Notes: generated from the letters alone by a model not told the origin. Counted from the stretch's first letter, positions 1 to 12,009 are shown. The stretch is 50,683 nt of DNA from Candidatus Sordicultor fermentans (GCA_002385475.1 DGDO01000021.1:1-50683); one strand, 5' to 3'. Numbers and translations: made by a program.

Positions 1-62
1 GCATCTATATGGGCCATTATTCCTATGTTTCGTGTTTTCTCTAATTGTACTTTTCTAGGCAC
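1..62 (-). CDS. fusA: translation elongation factor G, first ~20 codons only (gene runs off the window start)
   Basis: Minus-strand translation from GTG at 62..60 gives VPRKVQLEKTRNIGIMAHIDA, the EF-G N-terminus leading into the G1 motif. GGAGG lies on the minus strand at 74..70, 7 nt upstream. The position directly after rpsG matches the canonical str operon order. Confidence 0.85.
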   Translation of the reverse strand, partial: MPRKVQLEKTRNIGIMAHID

Positions 63-124
63 AATATTTCCTCCTTCCTAAATATGTGTCCCCTCTTGCA
101 TCTTTTAGCATTCTACTTGTAGAA

Positions 125-595
125 CTACCATCTATAGTGAGCAAAAGCTTTGTTTGCCTCAGCCATTTTATGCGTTTCTTCTCTCTTTTTAACTGCTCCA
201 CCTGTTCCATTAGCTGCATCCATTATCTCTTGAGCTAATTTATCTACCATATCTCTTCCCGGTCGCCCCTGAGCATAGCTAACCAACCAGCGCAACCCCA
301 GACTTTTGCTCCTATCTGGCCTGACTTCCATAGGAACCTGGTAGTTCGCCCCTCCCACTCGACGGGGTCTTACTTCTATAAGGGGCATTACATTGTTTAA
401 AGCCTGGGACAAAACATCCATAGGGTCCCTTTTGGTTTTGTCTCTTATTGTTTCAAAAGCCCCGTAAACAATTTTTTCCGCCACACTTTTCTTTCCTGAC
501 CGCATAACTTTATTAATCAAACAAGCTACGTCTACATTATTGTAGACTGGATCAGGAGGTGTCTTTCTTTTAGGAACTGGACCTTTCCTGGGCAA
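125..595 (-). CDS. rpsG: 30S ribosomal protein S7
   Basis: The ORF-track protein contains [10 protein letters not shown]...PDPVYNN...[14 protein letters not shown]...[15 protein letters not shown], which is typical S7. The 189-aa ORF overlaps rpsL. A TTG at 595..593 preceded by GGAGGTG (8-nt spacing) gives the normal ~156-aa protein starting (M)PRKGP. Confidence 0.93.
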   Translation of the reverse strand: MPRKGPVPKRKTPPDPVYNNVDVACLINKVMRSGKKSVAEKIVYGAFETIRDKTKRDPMDVLSQALNNVMPLIEVRPRRVGGANYQVPMEVRPDRSKSLGLRWLVSYAQGRPGRDMVDKLAQEIMDAANGTGGAVKKREETHKMAEANKAFAHYRW

Positions 596-608
596 CTTCT
601 TCACCTCC

Positions 609-983
609 TCAAGATTTGGGCTTTTTAGCTCCATACTTGGAGCGAGCTTGTTTTCTATTTTCCACTCCCGCAGTATCCATAGTCCCCCGGACAACGTGAT
701 ACCGAACCCCGGGCAAATCCTTTACTCTCCCTCCTCTAATGAGGACAATGGAATGCTCCTGCAGATTATGCCCGATACCAGGAATATAAGCGGTAACTTC
801 TATTCCATTGGTAAGCCTCACCCGGGCCACTTTACGTAAAGCCGAATTAGGCTTTTTAGGAGTGATAGTCCACACTCTGGTACAAACCCCTCTTTTTTGA
901 GGGGAGTTTTTCAAAGCTGGAGCACTACTTTTCTTTTTGGGTTGTTTTCTACCCTGCCTTACCAGTTGATTAACAGTTGGCAT
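609..983 (-). CDS. rpsL: 30S ribosomal protein S12
   Basis: [13 protein letters not shown]...[31 protein letters not shown]...[25 protein letters not shown] is a near-invariant S12 sequence. Confidence 0.97.
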   Translation of the reverse strand: MPTVNQLVRQGRKQPKKKSSAPALKNSPQKRGVCTRVWTITPKKPNSALRKVARVRLTNGIEVTAYIPGIGHNLQEHSIVLIRGGRVKDLPGVRYHVVRGTMDTAGVENRKQARSKYGAKKPKS

Positions 984-1001
984 TTTATTCCTCCCTTATT
1001 C

Positions 1002-1250
1002 TTAATCTTCAACAATAGCTGCACAAGAAGCCTCTATTTCTATACCACAGGCTAATCCTAAATCTTTAGCCAGAGGCACATATTCCCAGGGTATTTCTCT
1101 TTCTTTCAAAATACCGATTAATTCTTTTTGCACTTCTTCATCCACATCACGAGCCAAAAAAACTTTCTTCGCCATATTTTTCTTTATTGCTCTTTCGGTT
1201 TCTCGCTTCCCCACCACTATTTTTTTATTTCTCAACTCCTCTATACTCAA
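1002..1250 (-). CDS. ribosomal L7Ae/L30e family protein (YbxF/RplGB-like, 82 aa), TTG start
   Basis: The size (82 aa), the position between rpoC and rpsL as in Bacillus-type str operons, and the sequence pattern (KIVVGKRETERAIKK...VFLA.D.....ELI..........VP....LG.ACGIE..A..AAI) fit the L7Ae-fold YbxF family. The start codon is TTG (1250..1248), preceded by a GGGGGTG Shine-Dalgarno-like sequence. Confidence 0.8.
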   Translation of the reverse strand: MSIEELRNKKIVVGKRETERAIKKNMAKKVFLARDVDEEVQKELIGILKEREIPWEYVPLAKDLGLACGIEIEASCAAIVED

Positions 1251-1277
1251 AAATACACCCCCAAAAGCAACGGAGCA

Positions 1278-1306
1278 ATTTTAGCAACATTTGTAGAACC
1301 TGTCAA
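1278..1306 (-). promoter_or_regulatory. candidate sigma70-type promoter for L7Ae-rpsL-rpsG-fusA
   Basis: The minus strand reads TTGACA (1306..1301), a 17-nt spacer, then TAAAAT (1283..1278). This lies ~25 nt upstream of the TTG start at 1250. Confidence 0.5.
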
Positions 1307-1784
1307 CTGTTTCCAGGCTATGATTACAAACTATCGCAGGAGTATTTTTATTTTTCTCTTCTACGTAGAGCTTAAACCCCCTCCATATGGCCTCAGGTAG
1401 TATATCATCTCTAAATGAAAAATTCCAGCTCACCCAGGAAAAGTCTTTTAGTTAAACTCTCCGGGGAAATCGATAGCTGGCTTTTTATTGTCCCAGAGCA
1501 AAAGAGAAAATTTTGACCGCTTTGAGGAAAATCCTTCTTACAGAAGGTAATTCTTTTCCAAAAAGAAGATGCGGAACTCCTCTTCTTTCCCTCGCCCTTG
1601 CCAGCACCTCCGGTGTTTTTGAGGAGGATTTTCTCCCGAGGCCAGCTTACTAAAACATAATAATGCTTGGCTATTATTCAAAGGCGCTTCTATTAAACTA
1701 GAAGCCCTCTAAAGCAAAAAATAGAAAGAGTAATTTAATCAAATATCGGATTCAATAAACTTAGTAAAAACATAAAACCCTAAG

Positions 1785-2873
1785 TTAATCACTCCATTGG
1801 TGATAAAACCAGTTCCACTGCTCGGGATATTGGAGAATGAACTCTCCTAAAACCTGATTGCAGAGAGTCGTTCCCCGAACAATATTTTCCCGATGAGAAG
1901 GAGCAGAAGGCCACTCCAGGGGAGGAAGAAAAGTAATTCGATGCTTCATTTCTTCTTCCTCGCGGATGATGAAAGCCGGGATAATCGGACTCCCTAATCG
2001 AAGATGCAAAACAGCCGGGGTAGCAGGAGAAGGTGCTTCCCGACCTAAAAAGTTGCAAACCACTCCTCCTGAAGCACGCTGATCAGCCAGTACCCCCAAT
2101 ATTTTCCCCTGCCGCAAGATTGAGCGAACTGGAAGCATATTAGTCCGCTCTACTAACTCGATATTCATGGCCAGTCTCAGCTCTTCTGCAAATCTCCGAA
2201 GAGCTGGAACCGACGGAGAATTAACCAGAGCAGTAACAGGGTAACCCTGACTTCCCAACCAGGCTCCTAAAAGTTCCCAGTTTCCTAAATGAGCAGTTAG
2301 TAAAATTACTCCTCGCCCCCGGGATAGAGCTTCTTTTAAAAATTCTTCTCCCTCTACCTCTTCTATTAAAGAATCCAGCACCTCACTCCCTTTCTTTTTC
2401 AGGAGCATCACCTCCATAATAGATAGAGCAAAGTGGCGAAATACCTGCTGAATATGGCGATTAACCTCTAAATCATCTTCCTCCCCCATAACCTGCATCC
2501 ACTGGATTTTAGCCACCTGCGTGCCGGAGAAGCGATAACATAGATCCCCCAGAAAAAAAGCAAGCTTTTTGATAAGCGTCGGGGGAAGAACTGAAACCAG
2601 ACTCTCCAGCACCCCAAGGAGAAAGGGAGTCCCTACTCGCTCCAGTAACCACTTTCCCGGTTCAAATGATTTAGATTTTCTTTTCCGCTCAGGTGTTTCT
2701 AATTTTCTTCTTAATCCCCGGTTACTTTCCCCACCATTAATTTGCACCTCGCTGAAAGGATAAAAAGGCTCTTGTTTATATAAATTCTCCCCCACTGGAT
2801 TCGATGATTTCCTGGCAACAAGATTGAGCCGTTTCATTTTTCTAAATTCTAAAGATTCTTTATCCAGAACCAT
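1785..2873 (-). CDS. lysophospholipid / lipid A-type acyltransferase (LpxL/HtrB family); the true start may be downstream of the first Met
   Basis: LTAHLGNWELLGAW carries the H(X)4E/D acyltransferase catalytic motif typical of the LpxL/LpxM/PlsC-like superfamily. There is a hydrophobic stretch before the catalytic domain. The ~60-aa basic N-terminal extension (KRKSKS etc.) is atypical, so the start is uncertain. Confidence 0.65.
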   Translation of the reverse strand: MVLDKESLEFRKMKRLNLVARKSSNPVGENLYKQEPFYPFSEVQINGGESNRGLRRKLETPERKRKSKSFEPGKWLLERVGTPFLLGVLESLVSVLPPTLIKKLAFFLGDLCYRFSGTQVAKIQWMQVMGEEDDLEVNRHIQQVFRHFALSIMEVMLLKKKGSEVLDSLIEEVEGEEFLKEALSRGRGVILLTAHLGNWELLGAWLGSQGYPVTALVNSPSVPALRRFAEELRLAMNIELVERTNMLPVRSILRQGKILGVLADQRASGGVVCNFLGREAPSPATPAVLHLRLGSPIIPAFIIREEEEMKHRITFLPPLEWPSAPSHRENIVRGTTLCNQVLGEFILQYPEQWNWFYHQWSD

Positions 2874-3093
2874 AATAAACCGCTACCTCCTGGATATTCT
2901 TGCTTTACAAAGTACTATTGCCTCTTAAAGAGAGTTAAAAACGCAGGATTACCGCAGATTTTCCCCGGTGCTATCCTTTCAATTCTCTTTCTGTATTTTA
3001 CGTTTTTGATTTGTTTCCGTTTTCTTACCTTTTGTATCCGGGTTCTTTCTCAGTAGGCTCCAACAGAGTTAATCCCACAGTTATATATAAATT

Positions 3094-3121
3094 ATTATAT
3101 GAGGGCCACAGACCTTTGCAA
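3094..3121 (-). promoter_or_regulatory. candidate promoter downstream of rpoC, upstream of the acyltransferase gene
   Basis: The minus strand reads TTGCAA (3121..3116), a 16-nt spacer, then TATAAT (3099..3094). Confidence 0.35.
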
Positions 3122-3152
3122 ACCCCTGAAAACGTGATTTGCCGGGGAAACC

Positions 3153-6100
3153 CTAACTTTCCCCGGCATCGTCAAAGTAGCCTTGATCCAAATTGTATTC
3201 CACTTCTTCTTCTTCAAATGATTCTTTTGCTCCCATCAATTCCCACACATCCAGGCTTTCCTCATTCAATTTTTCTCCTCTTATTCTTTCTTTCTCTTCT
3301 GCCTCAGTAGAAAGACGGATGTGTCTGTATTTGCTAAAGCCAGTGCCAGCAGGGATAGCTTTTCCAATGATTACATTTTCTTTAAGACCAATCAGTTCAT
3401 CAACTTTGCCCTTGATGGCTGCATCCGCTAAAACGTGGGTAGTCTGCTGAAAAGAAGCGGCGGAAAGAAAACTATCTACTGCTAAAGAAGCTTTGGTGAT
3501 TCCCAAAACCACCGGCCTTCCAGTGGCTACCTGCTTCAACCCTGGTAAATACAATATTTCTTCTACCAGGCTTTTGATTTCTTTATCTTCATCCGGCTCT
3601 CGGATGAGAAGAAATCCTATATTATCTCCAGCAATTTTAACCACGTCATCTCGGTCGATTACCTGTCCGGCTTTCACCATTACCACTCCATCACTACCGG
3701 ATACAATATCTTGAGCTATCACTTTACCCACTATTTCCTTTTCCAAAAGCTCTATCAATCTACCTTCTATGGAGAAAAATCGACCATCAGAGAGAGGGAT
3801 TTCTTTTACCCCCTCACTAACTAATCGACGAGCTATGCCTCTGCTTATCGCCTGTCCAGCCTGAACAATAACTTCACCATTTTGAGGACTGATTACATCC
3901 TCAGCTACTTCCTTTCCCAGAATTTCTTCTCTTAAAGCCTTAACTAAACTTTCTTTGATAGGAAAAACTTTAACATCCTTCCACACTACTACCTTCTCAA
4001 CTCCATGTTCATCAAGTAGTTCAACAGTTTCATTATCTAATCGGGTATCAGCTGGAAGAAGTACTTCCCCGCTCTGGGGGTCGACAACTTCTTCAGCCAG
4101 TATTGATCCGCGAAGTTTCTCCCAGATAGATTTATCCCTTGCTTTTAATTTAATTGGCCCCATCTCCGCTATCCGGTCTATAGCTTCTGGCTTTAACGAT
4201 TCACCAGCTTTTAGTAAAACTTTACCTTCTGATGTTTTGACTTCTTCTACGTTAATCTTATCTGCCAGCTCCAACCCCAGATTACGATAACCCCGGACCA
4301 CTCGAAGCAAACTACCTTTTCTCTCCACCAAGAAAGGCTTGCAATCAGAAGAGAGAATTAGCCGGATATCATCTTCATTGAGAATTTTGCCCTGGGGCAA
4401 TATAACCTCACCGGTCATATCCACTACTTCTTCCACTAAAACAGCATCAGTTAAGAAATCTTGTGCTTTTTCTATTAAAAGCTTATTTTCCTCTCCGATT
4501 TTCTTGTTTTCCTCTTCAAAATCTTCCAGAAATACCAGCTCCCCGGACAGAAGAGTAGTATCACCAGCATTCTCCACCATAACTTTATTGAGGTTAGCAA
4601 TCTGGCGAATAATAACTTCGATATGTTTATCATTAATACTCACTCCTTGCGAGATATAAACTGATTGAATCTCGCTGAGGAGGTATTCCTGTACCGCTTT
4701 AATACCCTTGATTCTCAATATGTCTCGAGGGTCAATAGGCCCTAAGGTAAGCCGATCCCCCGCCTGCACTCTTTCGCCCTCAGTTACACAAATCTTTACG
4801 TCCTGAGGGATAAGATAAGTACGCACCGATTGGTCTTCTTCTTCATCATCAGGAATAACGTGGATCTTTTTCTTCATTCCTACCGTTTCTATTTTTTCCA
4901 CTGTTCCATATACATCGGAAAGGACGGCGGCTTTCTTGGGCTTTCTCACCTCAAAAAGCTGCTCCACCCGAGGCAAACCCTGAGTGATATCTTCACCGGT
5001 AACTCGAATACCACCAGTATGGAAAGTACGCATGGTGAGCTGAGTCCCCGGCTCTCCAATTGATTGAGCAGCTATTATCCCTACCGCTTCTCCTATATCC
5101 ACCAATCGCCCGGTAGCTAAATTTCTACCATAACACCTCTGGCATACCCCGTAGCGAGTCCGGCAGGTAAGAGGTGATCTCACCAGGGCTTCCTTTATCT
5201 CCCTTTCTTTAAACAAAGAGATTGCTTTTTCGTCAACTTCTTCTCCCGCGTGAACCAATATTTCTCCATTATTTTTATCTACTATATCTTTTAACGCTAC
5301 TCTTCCTAAAACTCTTTCTTCAAAAGATTCTATAAGGTGGTCATTTTCGTCTCGCAAATCAAAAAGCAGAACTCCTTCTTCCGTCCCACAATCCTCTTCC
5401 CTAACAATAACATCCTGAGCCACATCCACTAAACGGCGAGTAAGATAACCGGATTTAGAAGTCCGTAAAGCAGTATCAGCCAGACCTTTCCTTGCTCCGT
5501 GAGTAGAAATGAAATACTCCAGAACGCTCAACCCTTCTCGAAAATTGGCCTTTATGGGATATTCTATAATCCTTCCTGAGGGATCAGCCATCAATCCTCG
5601 CATACCAGATAGCTGGCTAACCTGGCGAATGCTTCCTCGAGCTCCCGACTTAGCCATCATGTTAACCGGGTTGAATTCATCCAGCTCTTCAAGGATAGCA
5701 TCAGCCACTTTATTAGAAGCATTAGTCCAGACGTCTATAACCTTCTGTTCTCTTTCTTCTTCGGTAATCAGCCCCTCAGCATAATGTTGATTGATTTCCT
5801 CCACCCGCCGGTTAGCTTCTTCAATGATACTCCACTTTTCAGGAGGAATTTCCAGATCTTGCACGCTGATGGTTGTTCCCGAACGGGTAGCAAAATGAAA
5901 ACCAGCCTTTTTAATCTTGTCTAACACGGTTACCGTAGCCTCGTTACCCAGCTTTCGATAACAGAGATCGGCAATTTCAGACAATTTCTTTTTAGTTACT
6001 GGTTCATTGTAATAAGGCATAGCATCGGGTAATAGCTCATTAAATATAGCTCTACCCAGAGTGGTTTCTTCTATTTCCGGGTATTTTTCACTAATTTCTC

Positions 6101-8108
6101 TAATTCTAATTGGTTCGTGTAAATCCAGGTTGCCAAGATTGTAAGTAATAAGAGCTTCATCTACATCTACAAAATATCTTCTACTTTCTCCGCCTCCCCA
6201 TAAAGTTAAATAGTAGCTACCCAACACCATATCCTGGGTAGGAACAGCAACGGGCTTACCGCTCGCTGGAGAAAGAACATTATGAGAAGAAAGCATGATA
6301 ATTTGCGATTCAGCCTGTGCTTCAGCAGAAAGAGGAACGTGTACCGCCATCTGGTCTCCATCAAAGTCAGCATTAAAAGCCGAACAGGCTAAGGGATGCA
6401 ATTGAATTGCATTACCTTCCACGAGAACAGGTTGAAAAGCCTGAATGCTCAATCGGTGAAGAGTAGGAGCTCTATTGAGTAGAACCGGATGTTCAGCTAT
6501 CACCTCTTCTAAAGCTGCCCATACTTCTTCATCCCTTGCTTTTTCTACCATCCTCTTGGCGCTTTTAATATTTTGGGCAAAGCCCCTATCCACTAACTTC
6601 TTCATAACAAAAGGCTTAAAAAGCTCCAGAGCCATTTTCTTGGGAATACCACACTGGTCAAAAGCCAGGCGAGGCCCGGAAACAATAACCGATCTTCCCG
6701 AATAGTCTACTCTTTTGCCCAGGAGGTTTTGTCTGAATCTTCCTTTTTTTCCTTTCAACATATCACTAAGTGACTTCAAAGGGCGATTGCCCGGCCCTAG
6801 AACCGGTCTACCTCTCCTACCATTATCAAAAAGGGCATCAACCGCTTCTTGCAACATCCTTTTTTCGTTCTTCACAATGATTTCTGGAGCACCCAACTGG
6901 AGAAGTCTCTTCAGGCGGTTATTTCGATTAATTACTCGTCTATAAAGGTCATTCAAGTCCGAGGTAGCGAACCTTCCTCCGTCCAGCTGCACCATAGGAC
7001 GCAAATCAGGAGGCAAAACGGGTATAGTCTCGAGAATCATCCATTCCGGACGATTACCCGATTTAGCAAAAGACTCCACTACCTGTAGTCTCTTGATAAG
7101 TTTTTTAGCCTTCTGGCCAGAAGCCTCCTTAAGTTCTTTGCGTAATTCTCGAGCTAACTGGTTTACATCAATATTGCTTAAAATTTCTCTTACCGCTTCT
7201 GCTCCTACCCCTGCTTTAAATGTGGAATCGTAGTGGGTGAACAACCGGGCCTCCGTTTCCAGTATTATCTGCGCTACCTTCAAACCCGTTTGCCCGGGAT
7301 CAATTACTATATAACAAGGTTCTTCCACTGTTTCGGATAAAGGAGTCTCCTCAAAGAGTCCACCAAAAATTTCTTGTAACTCTTTAACTTCCGACTCAGA
7401 AAGCTCATCTTCTCGCTGATAAGGAAATACTCGAATGTCTACTACCTCAAACTGGTCTTCTTCTACTTCTTCCACGGTGAAACTTTCCTTATATTTGGAG
7501 CGATAACGAGTATATTCTTTAACACTCAGCCGATCTCCAATGGTAAAAGGAAGGCTGTAAACTTCTGCAATCCGGTAAGCAGGTTCAGCTTTAAAATTGG
7601 GATCATAGTTAGAATAGATTTTATACTCTATATCCCGGATGGTAGACCCTGCTTCCAAATCAGTAGAGCCCGGCTCTACTACTTTATAACAATCTTCTCT
7701 TTTCCGGCCCGAGGCAAAGTACAGTACTTTTTCCAGATTTTTAGGTAAAATCCCTAAAATAAGAGCCATTTTACTGGGAATACTTTTAAAATACCAGATA
7801 TGGGAAACCGGAGCAGCTAATTCGATGTGTCCCAATCTCTCTCTTCTTACTGAAGAACGAGTTATTTCCACTCCACAGCGGTCACATACTACTCCTCTAT
7901 CTCTTACTCTTTTATACTTCCCACAATAGCATTCCCAATCTCTAGTAGGTCCAAATATTTTCTCACAGAAAAGTCCATCTCTTTCTGGTTTCAGAGTTCG
8001 ATAGTTTATAGTTTCAGGTTTTTTTACTTCTCCGTGAGACCATTTACGAATTTCTTCTGGAGAAGCCAATTTAATTTGGATAGCACCTAAATCATTAACG
8101 TCTATCAA
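3153..8108 (-). CDS. rpoC: DNA-directed RNA polymerase subunit beta-prime, unusually long (1651 aa) with lineage-specific insertions
   Basis: It has the zinc-binding N-terminus (CYCGKYKRV...CDRCGVE), the catalytic NADFDGDQM motif, the trigger-loop region [16 protein letters not shown] and the C-terminal region [12 protein letters not shown]. Extra sequence is described in the findings. Confidence 0.98.
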   Translation of the reverse strand: MIDVNDLGAIQIKLASPEEIRKWSHGEVKKPETINYRTLKPERDGLFCEKIFGPTRDWECYCGKYKRVRDRGVVCDRCGVEITRSSVRRERLGHIELAAPVSHIWYFKSIPSKMALILGILPKNLEKVLYFASGRKREDCYKVVEPGSTDLEAGSTIRDIEYKIYSNYDPNFKAEPAYRIAEVYSLPFTIGDRLSVKEYTRYRSKYKESFTVEEVEEDQFEVVDIRVFPYQREDELSESEVKELQEIFGGLFEETPLSETVEEPCYIVIDPGQTGLKVAQIILETEARLFTHYDSTFKAGVGAEAVREILSNIDVNQLARELRKELKEASGQKAKKLIKRLQVVESFAKSGNRPEWMILETIPVLPPDLRPMVQLDGGRFATSDLNDLYRRVINRNNRLKRLLQLGAPEIIVKNEKRMLQEAVDALFDNGRRGRPVLGPGNRPLKSLSDMLKGKKGRFRQNLLGKRVDYSGRSVIVSGPRLAFDQCGIPKKMALELFKPFVMKKLVDRGFAQNIKSAKRMVEKARDEEVWAALEEVIAEHPVLLNRAPTLHRLSIQAFQPVLVEGNAIQLHPLACSAFNADFDGDQMAVHVPLSAEAQAESQIIMLSSHNVLSPASGKPVAVPTQDMVLGSYYLTLWGGGESRRYFVDVDEALITYNLGNLDLHEPIRIREISEKYPEIEETTLGRAIFNELLPDAMPYYNEPVTKKKLSEIADLCYRKLGNEATVTVLDKIKKAGFHFATRSGTTISVQDLEIPPEKWSIIEEANRRVEEINQHYAEGLITEEEREQKVIDVWTNASNKVADAILEELDEFNPVNMMAKSGARGSIRQVSQLSGMRGLMADPSGRIIEYPIKANFREGLSVLEYFISTHGARKGLADTALRTSKSGYLTRRLVDVAQDVIVREEDCGTEEGVLLFDLRDENDHLIESFEERVLGRVALKDIVDKNNGEILVHAGEEVDEKAISLFKEREIKEALVRSPLTCRTRYGVCQRCYGRNLATGRLVDIGEAVGIIAAQSIGEPGTQLTMRTFHTGGIRVTGEDITQGLPRVEQLFEVRKPKKAAVLSDVYGTVEKIETVGMKKKIHVIPDDEEEDQSVRTYLIPQDVKICVTEGERVQAGDRLTLGPIDPRDILRIKGIKAVQEYLLSEIQSVYISQGVSINDKHIEVIIRQIANLNKVMVENAGDTTLLSGELVFLEDFEEENKKIGEENKLLIEKAQDFLTDAVLVEEVVDMTGEVILPQGKILNEDDIRLILSSDCKPFLVERKGSLLRVVRGYRNLGLELADKINVEEVKTSEGKVLLKAGESLKPEAIDRIAEMGPIKLKARDKSIWEKLRGSILAEEVVDPQSGEVLLPADTRLDNETVELLDEHGVEKVVVWKDVKVFPIKESLVKALREEILGKEVAEDVISPQNGEVIVQAGQAISRGIARRLVSEGVKEIPLSDGRFFSIEGRLIELLEKEIVGKVIAQDIVSGSDGVVMVKAGQVIDRDDVVKIAGDNIGFLLIREPDEDKEIKSLVEEILYLPGLKQVATGRPVVLGITKASLAVDSFLSAASFQQTTHVLADAAIKGKVDELIGLKENVIIGKAIPAGTGFSKYRHIRLSTEAEEKERIRGEKLNEESLDVWELMGAKESFEEEEVEYNLDQGYFDDAGES

Positions 8109-8126
8109 GGATTCTCCTCCTCTATT

Positions 8127-11100
8127 TTATTTTTCTCTTCTCTGGAGGTTAATATCCAGAATAGGAGTATCTTCTTCCTCTTCTACTTCCTCCAGAGAAA
8201 TTTCTCTCTTTTTAGAATCAAATACTCTCACGTCAAGACACAAGCTCTGTAACTCTTTCACCAGCACTTTGAAAGACTCAGGAAGAGAAGGTTTAAGAAT
8301 ATTCTTACCTTTAACAATAGCTTCATAAGCCTGTACTCTCCCTGCAATATCGTCAGATTTTACAGTTAGCATCTCTTGCAAAGTATAGGCTGCTCCATAC
8401 CCTTCCAGAGCCCATACTTCCATTTCGCCAAATCTTTGGCCACCAAACTGGGCTTTTCCTCCCAGAGGTTGTTGAGTTACCAAAGAGTAAGGACCGGTAG
8501 AGCGGGCATGAATTTTGGTTTCTACAAGATGAGCCAATTTGAGCATATATATATAACCTACAGTAATTTCGTTATCAAAAGGCTCTCCTGTTCTTCCATC
8601 ATAGAGAATAGTTTTGCCCTGAGGAAGAAGTTTAAAATCGGAAGAAATCCGTGAATCAAAAAAGTGATCGAAAAGACCTTGTTCTTCCGGAGCTTCAACC
8701 TTCCTCATAAGCTCCATAATTTCTTCCTCCCACGCTCCATCAAAGGGAGGGCTGGACAAAAACTGTCTTTCCTTGTTAGCTATCCACCCTAAGTGAGTTT
8801 CCAAAACCTGTCCCACATTCATCCGGGAAGGAACCCCCAGAGGATTGAGCACAATATCCACCGGTGTTCCATCGGGAAGGTAAGGCATGTCTTCCTCTCG
8901 GACTATTCGGGCTACTACTCCCTTGTTTCCATGCCTGCCAGCCATTTTATCTCCCACCGAGATTTTTCTCTTTTGAGCCACAAAAACTTTTACCAGCTTG
9001 TTCACTCCCGGAGCTAATTCATCACCATTTTCCCGGGAGAAAACTTTAATATCTATGACTTTGCCATACTCTCCATGAGGAATACGAAGTGAGGTATCTC
9101 TGACCTCTCGAGCTTTTTCTCCAAATATAGCTCGCAAGAGCTTTTCCTCAGGAGTAAGCTCGGTTTCTCCTTTGGGAGTCACTTTACCCACCAAAATGTC
9201 TCCCGGCTTCACATCCGAGCCTATTATCGCTATTCCTTCTTCGTCTAAGTTGCGTAGCATATCCTCTCCTAAGTTGGGAATGTCCCGGGTAATTTCTTCC
9301 GGACCCAATTTTGTATCCCGGGCTTCCACTTCGTATTCATCGATATGGATAGAAGTAAAAACATCTTCTTTAACCAATCTTTCACTAATCATGATGGCGT
9401 CTTCGAAGTTTTCTCCCTCCCAGGGCATGAAAGCCACAAGAACGTTCTTCCCCAGGGATAGCTCTCCCATGGAAGTACAAGGGCCATCAGCAATGATTTG
9501 CCCCTTTTCCACCTTATCTCCTTTTCTAACTATTGGTTTATGATTAATGCAGGTGCTCTGGTTGGATCTCTGAAATTTATTTAATTCATACACATCTATT
9601 CCGCCATCATTTGCTTCTATTTCAATTTGCAAAGCATCAGCTTTCTTCACCACTCCGCCTCTTTTAGCTATAACCGTGGCTCCTGAATCTTGCGCCACCT
9701 TGTATTCTATCCCTGTCCCAATGTAGGGAGGATGAGAAACTAAAAGAGGAACAGCCTGTCGCTGCATGTTAGTACCCATCAACGCCCGGTTAGCATCGTT
9801 ATGCTCTAAAAAAGGAATCAAAGCAGCGGAAGCGCTAATAATCTGCTGAGGAGAAACATCCATAAAATCAACCTTATCACGAGGCACTTCCACTATTTTT
9901 TCCCTGAACCGGGCTATTGTATTCTCCGTCTGAATATAGCCCTCCTCATCCAGGGGAACATCGGGAGGGGCAGTGTGATAAAGGTCTTCTTCATCGGCAG
10001 AAAGGTAAACTATTTCATCAGTAACTCTTCCATCTACCACTTTTCGATAAGGAGTTTCTATAAACCCATAATCATTAACCTTGGCGAACATGCACAGAGA
10101 AGTAATAAGACCAATATTAGGGCCTTCTGGAGTTTCAATAGGACATATTCTTCCGTAATGGGTATAATGCACGTCCCTGACTTCAAAACCTGCCCGCTCT
10201 CGACTCAAGCCCCCCGGCCCCAGGGCACTCAATCTTCGCTTATGAGTAATCTCAGAAAGAGGATTAACCTGATCCATGAATTGAGATAGTGGACTGCTGC
10301 CTAAGAACTCCCGCATAGCAGCAACAATAGGCCTCACATTAATGAGACTTTGAGGAGTGGCTGATTCCACATCAGGTTGAATAGTCATCCGTTCCCTGAT
10401 CACTTTCTCTACTCGCAAAAGACCGATGCGGAACTGGTTTTGTAAAAGTTCTCCCACCATACGAGCTCGTCGGTTGCCAAGGTGGTCAATATCATCTTCA
10501 TAACCAATACCATCAATAAGATTAAGGAAATAGCGAATACTGCCCACTACATCCTCGGGGGTGAGAGTTCGGTATTTTTTAACCCTCACTCTTTCTATTC
10601 CTAATCCTCGCAGATCCCGGATAAGACCCAGAGTTAAAGGTTTTCCTTTTTCTACCAGAACTTCTCCAGTTATCTCATCCACTACCGCTTCACTCAAAAT
10701 TCTTCCTTCCAGATCCTCAGAAAGAACCTCCCAGGTGTCCTCTCTTTCCACATAGATTTTCACCGGTAATTCTTCTTCGCTAAACACTTTTATGTATTCT
10801 ATGGGGTATTCTTCGTTAAGTTTTTCCAATTCCTGGGCCAGGCGACGGTTAATTCTTTCTCCCTTTTTTCCTGCTATTCGATAACGAGAAGTATCAATAT
10901 CTTCACCCAGTAAGCTGATATCTCGCAGGCATTTTTTATCCTGCAAGTCAATCACAATATCCTCAGCCAACACTGGTTCTTCTATCCGAATAACTCTTTC
11001 TTCCAACTTTAGCTTGTTATTTATTTTATAGCGACCAACTTCACCCAGATCATAACGACGAGGGTCAAAAAAGAGGTATCTCATGAAATCTCTAGTGTTC

Positions 11101-11858
11101 TCCTCCGTAGGAGGCTCGCTGGGACGAAGTCTACGAAAGATCTCTACCACTGCTTCTTTGTAATTAGTAGAAGGATCTTTCTCCAGAGTCTTCCGGATAA
11201 TCGGATGATAATCAAACATAGACAAAATTTCCTCGTTATCTTCATATCCCAGAGCTCTAACCAGAGTGACAGCGTTAATTTTTCTCCTTTTATCTACTCG
11301 TACGTAAATGATATCTCCTGTATCAATTCCAAATTCTAACCACGCCCCCCGATTGGGAATAATCTTAAAGCCGTAATCCACTTTCCCGGTGGTAGTAACT
11401 TCTCGAGAGAAAAATACCCCGGGAGAGCGAACTAACTGAGTAACTACCACTCGTTCGGCTCCATTAACTACAAAAGTACCCCATTCGGTCATGAGAGGTA
11501 TATCACCCATATACACATCCTGTTCCTTTATTTCATTGGTTTGCCGGTCAATTAATCTTATCCGCGCATGAAGAGGAACAGAATAAGTTCTCCCTTTTTC
11601 CTTAGCCTCTTTAACAGTAAAAACTGGCTCTTCCAATCGATAATTGACAAACTCGAGAACCATTCTTCCAGTAAAATCTTGAACCGGAAACACTTCCAGG
11701 AAAACTTCCTGCAATCCTTGCTTTTTACGGTTTTCAGGTGGGACATCTCCCTGCAAAAACCAATCAAAAGACTTTTTTTGAATCTCTATGAAATCAGGAA
11801 GTTCCAAGGAAGAAGGGATTTTGGCAAAACTTTGCCTCTCAATATAACTTACACTCAC
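8127..11858 (-). CDS. rpoB: DNA-directed RNA polymerase subunit beta (GTG start)
   Basis: It contains the conserved beta motifs ([59 protein letters not shown]). The start is GTG at 11858..11856, preceded by AAGGTGGTG. Confidence 0.98.
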   Translation of the reverse strand: MSVSYIERQSFAKIPSSLELPDFIEIQKKSFDWFLQGDVPPENRKKQGLQEVFLEVFPVQDFTGRMVLEFVNYRLEEPVFTVKEAKEKGRTYSVPLHARIRLIDRQTNEIKEQDVYMGDIPLMTEWGTFVVNGAERVVVTQLVRSPGVFFSREVTTTGKVDYGFKIIPNRGAWLEFGIDTGDIIYVRVDKRRKINAVTLVRALGYEDNEEILSMFDYHPIIRKTLEKDPSTNYKEAVVEIFRRLRPSEPPTEENTRDFMRYLFFDPRRYDLGEVGRYKINNKLKLEERVIRIEEPVLAEDIVIDLQDKKCLRDISLLGEDIDTSRYRIAGKKGERINRRLAQELEKLNEEYPIEYIKVFSEEELPVKIYVEREDTWEVLSEDLEGRILSEAVVDEITGEVLVEKGKPLTLGLIRDLRGLGIERVRVKKYRTLTPEDVVGSIRYFLNLIDGIGYEDDIDHLGNRRARMVGELLQNQFRIGLLRVEKVIRERMTIQPDVESATPQSLINVRPIVAAMREFLGSSPLSQFMDQVNPLSEITHKRRLSALGPGGLSRERAGFEVRDVHYTHYGRICPIETPEGPNIGLITSLCMFAKVNDYGFIETPYRKVVDGRVTDEIVYLSADEEDLYHTAPPDVPLDEEGYIQTENTIARFREKIVEVPRDKVDFMDVSPQQIISASAALIPFLEHNDANRALMGTNMQRQAVPLLVSHPPYIGTGIEYKVAQDSGATVIAKRGGVVKKADALQIEIEANDGGIDVYELNKFQRSNQSTCINHKPIVRKGDKVEKGQIIADGPCTSMGELSLGKNVLVAFMPWEGENFEDAIMISERLVKEDVFTSIHIDEYEVEARDTKLGPEEITRDIPNLGEDMLRNLDEEGIAIIGSDVKPGDILVGKVTPKGETELTPEEKLLRAIFGEKAREVRDTSLRIPHGEYGKVIDIKVFSRENGDELAPGVNKLVKVFVAQKRKISVGDKMAGRHGNKGVVARIVREEDMPYLPDGTPVDIVLNPLGVPSRMNVGQVLETHLGWIANKERQFLSSPPFDGAWEEEIMELMRKVEAPEEQGLFDHFFDSRISSDFKLLPQGKTILYDGRTGEPFDNEITVGYIYMLKLAHLVETKIHARSTGPYSLVTQQPLGGKAQFGGQRFGEMEVWALEGYGAAYTLQEMLTVKSDDIAGRVQAYEAIVKGKNILKPSLPESFKVLVKELQSLCLDVRVFDSKKREISLEEVEEEEDTPILDINLQRREK

Positions 11859-11980
11859 TAATCACACCACCTTTTGAGGGAAAATCGAGTAGCAATTTTT
11901 GTTAGATAACACTTTGTTTGAAGAAAGAATAATAACTTTTCGTCCTCCCGTCTTAAATACACCTGAAAAGACAAATAGCT

Positions 11981-12009
11981 ATTATATAAGCTTTTTAATC
12001 AAATGTCAA
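11981..12009 (-). promoter_or_regulatory. consensus sigma70-type promoter for rpoB-rpoC
   Basis: The minus strand reads TTGACA (12009..12004), exactly 17 nt, then TATAAT (11986..11981). Both hexamers are perfect consensus. This predicts a ~115-nt 5' UTR before the rpoB GTG. Confidence 0.6.

Noticed and set aside
648-1400. Plus-strand ORFs 648-839, 1128-1400 and 1187-1375, overlapping rpsL, the L7Ae-family gene and its promoter region.
   Set aside because: They are antisense shadow ORFs of highly conserved ribosomal protein genes, with no RBS and no motif.
3193-11861. About 25 plus-strand ORFs of 60-125 aa listed inside the rpoC and rpoB coding regions.
   Set aside because: All are antisense to long, unambiguously conserved RNAP genes. 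Their translations are low-complexity (S/L/P/F-rich) with no recognisable motifs or RBS. They are typical shadow ORFs.
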